NCBI GenBank assembly: GCA_002269645.1
Contig: NIVC01002066.1
Span: 124,001 to 188,000 of the forward strand
Source of the DNA: Macrostomum lignano
Taxonomy: Eukaryota
Reading direction: 5' to 3'
DNA: 64,000 nucleotides
Shown here: in pieces, positions 1 to 12,401 of the stretch
Layout: every line of letters begins with the position of its first letter
Numbering within the stretch: position 1 is the first letter of the stretch
Program-made: the position numbers and the translations under genes
Notes under the pieces: model-generated
Database searches by the model: none
What the model saw: the letters and a program-made list of their open reading frames with translations, nothing else
What the model was told of the DNA's origin: nothing

Positions 1-1
1 T

Positions 2-520
2 GGGGACTCCAGGGCGACTGTGACCAGGAAGTCCATCTTGGACAAGAAGACCATGCTGCTGGTAGCCTTCACGCCAAATGAATGAGTCTCCATTTGCACA
101 ACTCCACTGAACACCAAAGTCGATGGCCAGTATTTTATTGACTTTATCCGGCACACTGGAGACCTCTGGCGCAATCTCCAGTCAAATCCATGTCACCTGG
201 ACGAGGTTCTGTGGCAGATGGACACCGCACGGCTGCACACCTGTAAGGCTTTTTCGAATTTTCTGCCTGCATGGTGAGTGAATCTGCTCTGACAGAGTCC
301 CTACAGCCCAGACTTCAACTTGTGCAAGAGATTCCTGTTCAAATGGCTGAAGGCTGAATTTTCCAAGAAGAGTTTCGCAAACCATGAAGAGGTCAAACAG
401 GCCGCATTGCACTGGTTATGGCAGTTGGAGGAAAAACACCTGTAGGCTGAGGTGGACAAGCTGTATGAGCACTGCCAGAGGGTGATTGATATTGGGGGAC
501 TCTATGTTGTTGAGTGGTAC
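2..520 (+). pseudogene. Degenerate mariner/Tc1-type transposase, C-terminal part (cut by the window edge)
   Basis: Frame 2 reads ...LWQMDTARLHTC...QSPYSPDFNLCKRFLFKWLK...EEVKQAALHWL...LYEHCQRVIDIGGLYV. This matches the mariner D(N)ARPH and PYSPDL motifs and the C-terminal G.YV. Four in-frame stops (three TGA, one TAG). Confidence 0.85.
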
Positions 521-1492
521 AGTTTTGTTCATCTGCGATTGCAAGTTTGTCTGTTTTCACATCAGTGACATTACTTATGACACACCCAAAGTAGACTAAA
601 CAAGGCTATATGTATATCAAATCTGGCATAGCATTAAAACAATAAATGACATATTATTATTAATACATAAAGACATTCTATATGTCTAGTTTAATAAAAG
701 GTTTTTAGATTATAACAATATAAGATTAGTTTGTAGTTTATTTGTTATTTTATTATAATAAAATATACTAAAAATACTAATATTATTTAGTCTGTCTAAG
801 TCTACTTTAATTTACTATAAGCCATAACTATATACATACTCAAAGTACATATTATATAATAATTAATAATAGTATAAATATTAGTATGTATGTATACTAT
901 TAGTATTATAATATTATTGTACATATATAGGCCCAGCATAGACATAATATAGTACAGTTAAATAGTAATATTAATTTTATAATTTAACTGTCACAATTAT
1001 TTTACAATAATTTTATAATAATAATTACTTATACTAAAAATAAAAAAATAAAGTAAATGTAATTTGGGCCTACTGCCTAATCAAACATTTTTGCAATAGA
1101 AGCTCACTGATTATGTTATATCCAGACTCTATCAGTCTTTTTGACTTATAATTTATGATTGATAACTTTAAATTATAATTACCTACTACACAAACAATAG
1201 AAATTGGCATTAGTCCTTATAGATAGTCTATCTATTGATTTTATTTATCTATTCTAGGCCTATTGATTATCTATGATTTAATTGTAGATATAAGCCTTAG
1301 GCTATTAGATTATGAATTTGAATTTAATATTTTACTTCAGTAGAACTTATGATTAGATAGACCTTTAGATTCTTATAATTTGCATTTGTATTATATCTAT
1401 AGATTATATATACAACTAAATAAACACAAGGCTACTGCTTAACTTATACTTAACATTCTAAGAAAGAGTGAAGACTCCGAAGAGTCAAGAGT

Positions 1493-1752
1493 GGGCCTTT
1501 TCATATTACCAATTCCAGAACCAGAATCGGTTCGGAATTCCAAGAAAAACAGCAGTATAACTATTAAACTCTGTTAATATTTGACTGCTTTAACAATCTA
1601 ACTTAGCACAATTTTTCACTTTCTTCTTGGCGATTGTCATTCAATAATAAAAACTTTATAGTACGTATCTCCATCTAGTTATGGAGACAAAAAGTTATAC
1701 TTCACAAATTGGTTCTGGTTCTAGAACCAGAGCAAGCAATATGAAAAGGCCC
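1493..1752. mobile_element. MITE, PIF/Harbinger-like
   Basis: 15-bp TIRs GGGCCTTTTCATATT / AATATGAAAAGGCCC with a 3-bp direct repeat AGT on both flanks (1490-1492, 1753-1755). No ORF. Confidence 0.7.
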
Positions 1753-4090
1753 AGTGAAGATGTCAAAAGTAAAAAAAGTTTAAGTTTATACTAATATACT
1801 AGATAAATTATCATCATTCATCATTGATTAAAAAGGCCAAATTTAATGTGATCAAAGATCATATGATTTTTATATAATTTTTCATATATTTTAATATCTT
1901 ACATAAGGCTATAGCCATAGGCTATATGACTTAATAGGATTTAAAGAGTTATTTTGTTTTATATTTTAAGGCAGTGCATGAAAAATAGCTTAAGCATGGT
2001 TAAGCCTTTAAAGAAAAATGGTTATAAGACCGCACCTACTTTTTTAATTTTAAGGGTGCGATTTTAAAATTTAGGATGCATACGCACACTCTGCGCATAA
2101 AAAAACCCTGGCAGACCTGAACAATGACGGAGGCATTCATCGACTGTTGCCTGTTCCCCCGGCGCCCTGCGCCTGTGGTAGGCTGGTCTACCACTGGGGT
2201 TCAGGCAGCGGTTGGCGACAGTGTAATGTCTCCCTCCGGAGGAGTGACAGTTGACATCACTGATGGCTCCCTTGAAGGATTATTAACTTTCCCTTGGTTG
2301 TTCCCACCTTTGTTCCCCCTGCTGTTCCTTCCCTTGGTCCCGCCTTTGTTTTAATGTGTTTTCCCGGGTTTTGCCCCCCTTTTTCCAGCTTGTGCCCCAC
2401 CCAGTGTTCCCTTCTTTGTTCCCCTCTTTGATGTATGTGAATTTTTTAATATATAAAACCATTTGCCTTTTTTCCCTCCTTAAACCCTCCTCCACCTCCA
2501 CCTTCTTCCCTCCTTTTCTGTATATTGTCTTTTGTGGAGTTAACACTCAATTACTTATTGGAATTTGTGTAGCATTCTAGCTTTTAGTTTGTTAATCAAC
2601 TCTCGGCATGCCAAGTCACTCTGTTGTAGGAAGACTTTATTAATTAATATTACGACCAATAACTCCTAATAAGCTTGCTTCTATTACTTATTTACTTTGC
2701 GCAAAAATAATACCAACAAGCTATATGGCCAATAATTATTCATTTATTCAGTTGCTCTTAATTGAGGCCTTTTAGTCTCTATTGAATCATTTGCCCACAA
2801 GGCATGAAATAACCAATTAGTCTCAACTCAAAGAAAGCTCTGAGACCCCTATTGTTCCGTAACATGAAATTACGGTAGTGGCAGTGCTACTTTACTATTG
2901 ATAGTAACAAATTGAGCATATTGACAGATCACAAATTTTACGGTGTCTGAGGACCAAATTTGAATGACTAATGCCACTAAAGACTGCTTGACTGCGATTT
3001 ACAACTACCCCCCCCCCCCCTAGAATTGAGGACTTCGGCAGACGGAGTAACCAAGGAGAAGAAACAGTGCATCAACTTGAGAAATTTTCCAGCTTTACGA
3101 GTGCTAAGACAATGCAGGTGGCAATTCAAGCATAAGAAACCCGAACATTTCCCTTTTCTTCTCCATCTCCACCTCACTATTATTGTCATTTGTGTGTCAA
3201 CTTTTGTAATACATTTTTCACTGAAGCATTCATAATCATTTAATTTTTTGCATGCCTTACTAAATTACTAATACCTGTTTTAATAGTTTATATAGTGCTG
3301 AAATAAATCCTTTCTGCTTTTTATATTTATATCCTTTCTGATATAAATCATGTATTCTATTCATTTTATTTTTCTTATTATTGCTATTAACAAGACAATT
3401 AATTTATTAAACAAACCAATTAATTATTATTTGCCTATATGTATACATTTGCCTTAACTTGAAATATATTTTTTGTTAAAAATTTATTTGGCATTTTTGC
3501 TAAAACCATATATATACAAATAAAAATACACAAAAGAAAACCAACTTGGAACTTGTTCTTGTATCATGCTATTTGGCCTCTGTTGAAGGCCAATTCCAAT
3601 TCCAATATAAGTCAGCCTTGTTCATTTAAAGGTATCCTGTCTTTCTTTCCTTTTCCCAGGGATGCTCCAATTCCATTAGCAATATGCAGTTTTCTCTCCT
3701 ATCCCTGCGAAGAACATATAGCTCCTTTTCTTGGTAATTTGGCCATCTTTTCCATTTCTAATTTGAATAGGCATGCTGCATTTCCCATTTCTTTATTAAC
3801 CTCATATTAACCTTATTAACCTTATTAACCTTTATTAACCTGTCTAACCTGGTGCTCTGCCAACTCCTTTATCTAGACTCATTGTCTGCCTAAGCATTTG
3901 CCTATCCTTAAACCTTCTTTGGCTTCTTATAATTAGGCAAACTGCCTCCTTGCCCTACTAAACTTTGTACTCTATACCCCATTTCCTTATTTGGAATCTT
4001 ACCTCCTTACCCAATTCCCTATTAAGCGCCCTACTATCTATGCTAACATTCTAGGCCTATTAGATACTATAATTCCCTACTATCCCATTT

Positions 4091-5616
4091 GGTATCCAGT
4101 CAATCCGGCGACAAGATGATCCGGCGACAGAAGATCCGGTGACAGTCAATCCGGCGACAGACGATCTGGCGACAGATATTAAATCAAACATATAACAGCA
4201 TATATATAGATTAGTTGAGCTATTATTTTTAGCTCTTTGTTATTAACTATTAATACTTAAATAATTAAATAACAATTACATAAACTATAATTGTTGCAGT
4301 TATATTTTTACAGCTGTACATAGCTGTTGATTTTTAATATGTTCTTTTCAAAGACAATCAATAAATTTAATCTGCTTGGAACCCTATTGGAATAAGTGGT
4401 ATTTTCGCGGACGGCGTCCGGCGCACTTTTTCTTTTTCCTCATAGTCATGGCGCATGGCGCGCTATGCGCGCCATGCGCCATGACGCACAGCAGCTCACA
4501 GGTAAGATGCAAGGAGGACATCACGCGCTACATACAGCGCTGCTGAACAAGGATGAGAAGCATGCACAGGAGAAAGTCAGCAGCACGGTGGAAATTCAGC
4601 AAACTGTAAGTAAAACTTGTTTTTCTAATTTCTATAACTTTGATAATATTGCTATGGGCTATAGTATAGCATATCTCCTATCATATGTATTGATTGCTGT
4701 GTCATCTAGAATATGCATGCAAGTTAATCGTAAAATTGGAAATTGTAGTTGAAAGATCGTAGCAGAAATGTTCTTTATTGCCTCATAAACATTATAACAT
4801 AGTGCCAAATGCTAATTGCTCTTAATGTTCTCTTATAACGCAGTTGCAAGAAATAAAAAAGTAAACTAAATTCTATTAAAAGTCTCAACAAATTTTCTGC
4901 TTTGTTTAATTATCTTTTTGATTGGTTGCGCGTACATTTATTTATGCTGACATTTAAATGTGAAAATATTCTTCGAAACACCATGCTAAATAGTTATCAG
5001 ATTTGATAACCCGACCGGCGACCCGAGCCAAAGTGCTACAACTACTACTGAAAAAGTGTGTGGATAAGGCAAAGACCATTTTGTTTGTTCGTGAACTCTG
5101 TGTTCGTGAATGACACATCGTCCATACCACCTTAGGATTTGAAGATTGTCATGACGCACCGTCCAGGCCACTTTATGATTGCCATGGCGCACTAGATGCA
5201 CTGTCCACAGTGTCTGAAAACTTATTCCAATAGGGGCTTGGAAAGCAAGTTTCTATAACTATGATCAATTTTGTTGTATATATTGTATTTGCGACAGTAT
5301 TCGAGAGTCAAAGAACCAAAAAATTGCTATTTGCACAGCAACTTGTACGTGTTATTTTTAACATGTACATGTAACCTGCATTTAATGTAACAAATACTGC
5401 ATGGATAATAGTAGTATATTATATATAATAATAATAGTATAAATAAAAAATAATAAAAAGCTACAAATAATAGCTTAACTAATCCATATATATCATGATA
5501 TCCATTGATTTAATATCTGTTGCCAGATTGTTTGTCGCCAGATTGACTATCACTAGATCATCTGTTGCTAGATTGATTGTCGCCAGATCGTCTTGTCGCT
5601 GGACTGTCTGGAAGCC
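4091..5616. mobile_element. Non-autonomous DNA transposon with long GG-initiated TIRs (Merlin- or MULE-like)
   Basis: About 150-bp inverted termini built from a tandem motif with core (AT)CCGGCGACAG. Flanked by an 8-bp near-direct repeat TCCCATTT (4083-4090) / TCCTATTT (5617-5624). Confidence 0.65.
4382..5235. mobile_element. Nested non-autonomous TIR element with 8-bp TSD
   Basis: TIR CCCTATTGGAATAAG / CTTATTCCAATAGGG. Perfect 8-bp TSD GCTTGGAA (4374-4381, 5236-5243). Lies inside the 4091-5616 element. Confidence 0.8.
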
Positions 5617-7299
5617 TCCTATTTCCCATTTCTAAGGTAAAAAGTTATATGTTTTTATATACATTTGTTTGTTTTATATATTTGCTCTATAGGAAAAAGT
5701 TATAAAAACAAGCTAAAGCCAAAGATGGCATCCAGCGCACTTTCAAAATTTTTCTAAAACACAGTGCACCTGCATCATGCGCCTTGCCCTTTCTTATTGG
5801 CTGTTGCTCTAACAAATAAATATACATGGAAGAGGGTCTAATAGGCCTACTTTTGTGGAAGGGGCCTATACACTAGTAAATTCTTGTATAATGCTTAGAG
5901 ATGTTCCAAAATTTCAATTTTGGTTTACCAAAATTTGGAATTTTTAGAATTTAAGAGTGAATTTTGATTTAAATTAAAAAAATTGGAAGTAAAAATTTTG
6001 GAAGTGTGTAAGAGAGTAGCTAAAAATAAACTAATATCTTCTTTTTTTGGTTCTTAGACAAACCAGCACAAACATTTGCTAACTGCTGCTGTTATATGTA
6101 GACTCTAGTCTCTAACTTAAACTTAGTCTTAGGTAGGCCCTAGTCTAAGTCTAGGAAATAATAAATACCTATTATCTTTTTTTAACTCATAGCTAGTTTT
6201 TGTACCTGCAGGAATGTCAATATGCATAGTACAGATATGAAGAAGCAAAATAAAAGAGTAAACGGCAAACACAGAAAATTTAATACGGCAGTCTGATATA
6301 TTTAATGCGCTGTTATTTGCGTCGCCGCCGCCAGTATCTTAAACTTTAAAGTTTTTTCTTTGGATCAAGCTAATTAAACAAATCTAAATTACGTCGTTTA
6401 ATCCTAATACATTTTATTTTAATTAAGTACTTTATGATTTAAAACTTATTAATTTTTTGTAGTTTAAATTATCTGTCTGCATCATTAGCCATAATCCGTT
6501 GTTCTGCATGACGGTACCAAGCGAATAGCCACTTCCGACTGCATGCGTATCATGTTCTAAGCAAGAAATCCGTAGAAGTCCTAATAATGAGTGACATGAG
6601 ATGCTCTCACATGCATGAGCCAGAGTTCACTTAAGTGCATGTACCCTTGTATATTATATTTATCCGTGTTGGTAATTCCACAGCAAAAAAGTGCATTTTT
6701 ACATTTGATACATACAAGCTGGACCCGAGGCCAGTGTAGTACATGTAACAACAGTAAACTCTAATTCGTCCTTGTATATTACATATGCATTGTAAGTGTA
6801 CATGTACAGGTACATTCAGTATTGAGAATCAGCGGTATTTATACTCTAGCGTGGGTAGTAGTACATGTGAACGATAGAGTAGCATAAAATATATACATGC
6901 AGTACATTACATCATAATGCTATGGGGTGATTATAAAAGGCAAGGTCGCGTAAATGCGAACACTCGCGTCTCTAAAGCAAAAGAATAATTATCAGCAAAA
7001 AGCATGCATTATTGTTATTTGTATGCGTGTTATGTGGATTTATTTGTAATTTATTTTTTACAAGCTGTTGAAACCCGCGGATTTTGAACCCGGGGAATTC
7101 CAATACCCGGAACTACTTTTGCATGTATTCTGAAATCTAAGGCCATACACAAACAAAAACTTGTTAATAGTTAGTAGGATAGAGGTAGACATAAAATGGA
7201 GCACATTCGTGTAAAATTAGGGTTTGAGACATTGTTGGCTGGGGTACTGCGCAGAATGTCAGGCAATGTCTGTCTGACTCTAAAACATATATTGCTAAA

Positions 7300-8620
<1,321 letters not shown>

Positions 8621-9239
8621 CCTCAGCCATGAGCTGGATTCTTTATCTGGCCTTTGAGGTAAAAGTCTGCCCATCCCTGCTTGGAAAGCCAGTTTGTGAG
8701 ACGTAGTACTCTCATGGTTGTTATCATGCTTTGATCACGTCAGTCATTTTTCTTGCAAATTTGCAGCCCTGAAAGGAATTTGGGTATCTTCAGCTCCACT
8801 GCAGTCTGCATCAGTCTAACAACCAAGGAAATACGCATTTCTTAGAAGGCCATTTAAAATTTACACGGTACCTTTAAACGAAACCTAAAATTTCCATGGT
8901 GTGCCTAATTTAGTAGGATTGTATGTATTTCATTGCATCGCATCGCCTTTTCATAAATCTTTCGCTTTTACAAACCATGCTGGTTAGTGGATTCCCTCGA
9001 TTTGCCAATTGCCAATTGCCATCCACTGTTAAACTGCTGCAGAGTTTGCCAATACAGAGGGGAGGGCAGTGGTTAGAATTTCTCACTAAACTGTCATGGC
9101 TAAACGTAGCCTCTCCACTCTGGGGGTGCAGAGAAGGCTATTAAAAAGTTATTCCAAAACACTGTACATTCGCTATGTACATTCAGTCCTATTGCCTGAC
9201 CCTTCGTCTGGCTCTGGGGGAATGAGTGAGTGAGTGGCA

Positions 9240-9870
9240 CAAACAACAGAAAAAGCAGACAAACTTCACATGCTTACAGTTTCTTTTTCTGTTGAGTTAC
9301 AGAGTTGAAACTTTACATTTAGATAGAGAATGAGTCAATGAAGAATTGTGTCAAATTTGAAGTCAATCGCTTTACGTGGAGAAAACTTATGGCAGCTGAA
9401 AGTTAGTCAATTTTGAAACCCTTTTACACATCTGGGCCCAGATCGGGAAAGAGAGGCAGGCGGGCGGAGGTTGGGGTGGTTGCTACGCTGAAAAAAACAG
9501 CCTAACTTTAAAAGTGCACAGCGGCTTTCAGGATTAACTTTGAGGTTTAAAATTTTACACGATTGTGTCAAAATAGTTGAAAATTGCCTGTGTCAAATTT
9601 GAAGAGAATCGGTAGAAGTGGAGCGGCGCTATGGAGGATTTAGTTAAAAAATCGCGCATTTTGAGCAGTTTTTTGTACTTTTAGGTAGGAAGACTTGAGT
9701 CTAGGAAAATAAAAGGTAGCCTAAGACATTCTCCGTAGTGAGTTTAGGGTGGGTGTAAAGTTTGGTGTAATTTGGTTGAGTGGTTTGGGAGTCCATAGCG
9801 ATCAAAATTGTCCACACACAGACAGACAGACAGACAGACAGACAGAGTTTTGATTTTTATAGTTAGAGAT
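9240..9870. mobile_element. Possible non-autonomous Helitron/Helentron-like repeat ending in (GACA)n
   Basis: Internal duplication of TGTGTCAAATTTGAAG, then a (CAGA)n run at about 9818-9845 followed by TTTTATAGTTAGAGAT, a layout common in DINE/HINE-like elements. Boundaries uncertain. Confidence 0.3.
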
Positions 9871-10196
9871 TTTATATTTTCTGGAAATCAATTGAGCTTG
9901 AAACATAATTACAGTAAATAGACATTTTTAATTCTGAATTTTTTGAGAAAAATTTAAAAACAAAACAAAATTTTGGAGAGTACATGTTGTTTTATAGCAA
10001 GGTAAACATATACGAGTTTTAAAATGTTTTTAACAACACTTTTAATATGTTTATGGTACATGGTTCTACACGAGAACCACACCAAACATTTAAATTTTTA
10101 ATTTTAGATTGAAATGAGGTACAACTCTTCGGCAATAACACATCGAGCGCACACTAAACCGTAACAACTCCCTTTTCGTTTGACAAGTTTCCTGGC

Positions 10197-11077
10197 TCAA
10201 CCTCTACGCCGACAATTTTTCCGCTTGCACGACTTGTTGTGTGGGTTGTACGCGCAGCCGTAGGCGCACAGGTACTTGCCGGCGCAGTTGCCACCGTTTC
10301 TGCCGTACCTGTTGGCCACTTGGTCCGCTGCAGAGGAACTTTTCTTTTCACTCTGGCACAACTCGCGACAGTCGCTGCAAATTGGGGAAATTTGGGGATA
10401 ATTTATCTGGACAGCTTAATCAAGCTTCCACGAATAAAAGCAACCGGATTCCCTCTCATTGCTTGGATCAAAGTGCACAGTTGGTTCAAACCTATTTCAA
10501 AACTGATTTGAACAATACTTGAATGACTAATTGCTAAAGCTACGAGTACCAAGCGGTGATATAGACCCGATCTTAAAAGATCGGCCACATACGCTATAAA
10601 CCAATACATTGATCAAGCTGACATATTTTGTCAGCTGAGCGTACGCTCACACAGAGTGTGCACAGCGGCCCTGACTTAATCGTCAAACATGTCCACTCTC
10701 TGTGCTATGGTGTTGGATTAAATTGAATTAGACAGCTCACAGAATCGAATCAGAGATCGTTAAAAAGCTGCGCATTACCTGATAGCCTTAGCAATCAATC
10801 GATTTTTCAGCACATTGGCACCGCAGTGGTGCACCGCATTGTAGTTGCCCATGCAGTGAAAATATTTATCGCACTTCTTGCAGTTGGCTGAGACCATGTC
10901 TTTGTAGGCCTGAATCATTTTCCAGGCGGGGCAGCTGCTGGCAATCAAGCTGGGTCCAATTGATCGCGCCAAACGCGCTGGGCATCTGAAAATGCATCCG
11001 TAAAAGTCAAAGGCAGAGGACTGACCACACGAGACGGTCAAAAGAAGAACCACGGATGCTGCAAAGGCCAGCTTCAT
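10197..11077 (-). CDS. Cysteine-rich serum amyloid A (SAA)-like secreted protein, 158 aa, 2 coding exons
   Basis: Exon 1 11077-10779 and exon 2 10374-10197, joined by a GT..AG phase-2 intron. Signal peptide MKLAFAASVVLLLTVSCGQS. SAA motifs AYKDMVSAN..CDKYFHCMGNYNAV and AISDCRE...ADQVANRYGRNGG (compare human DMREAN..SDKYFHARGNYDAA, ISDARE, ADQAANEWGRSG). Confidence 0.88.
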
Positions 11078-11564
11078 ATCTCTGCAAGATTAGCTAATAA
11101 GTTTGATTGAGTATAGCAACGTAGGTCCTACAACACCAGCACTTTATGATACAAGACGATGGCTTTTAACCACATCTAGCAGGAGCTATTTATACTCAAT
11201 TTTTAAGCCAACGAAAAGCTGAATATTGTAGAATAGCTACTGACATATCTCGGAGATGTAGCTCTCTTTTAATACATTCTTTCCCGGATTTGTCAAAGAG
11301 ATGCTGCATTCAAAGAGATGTGCGTTCGAATGAAGGATATGAAAACCGCTGCTTATAGATCTATATAGCTCTATAGCTACCACACAAGCCTGCTGTTTAC
11401 TTCATTGTCTGAAGCAATTCTATTTATGAGAGCAGTTCTATTTTATGAAAACTTGCGCTGCAATTATACTGTGTAGGGTGAAACTCAAATGTAGAGTTGA
11501 GCGGTCAGGTCACAGTCTAAAATAAAAGCTCTAATTTCTAGCATAATGCATTGCAGTCCGTCTG

Positions 11565-12020
<456 letters not shown>

Positions 12021-12401
12021 TTCAATTTTCAATTCTTAGCGCACAGCTTTTATATAAAAATTTACACTTCAGCTCTGCCTGAAAGGCCAAAAATACCAAC
12101 TGGGGAATAGGTCGGGATAGACGCAATTTAGAAAAAAATACTAGCGTATATAAAGCTAAACCATGCGGATGTCAGCTATAAACTAAAAATCGACTGGAAT
12201 TATCCTCGCCATTGCTACTGAATAGACAGCCATTTCTTTTTTCTATTTATAGCATCCACTGTACGGGTGCAGTGCTGCCGTACAAGACTGTACTGTCCAA
12301 TTAAGTACACTACTTGGATGGAACTGAGTACAATAATGGGGTACCACTCTGAATTCTATTGGGCTCACTCTGTGTGGCTGGAATCTTTGCAAGCCATCAT
12401 C

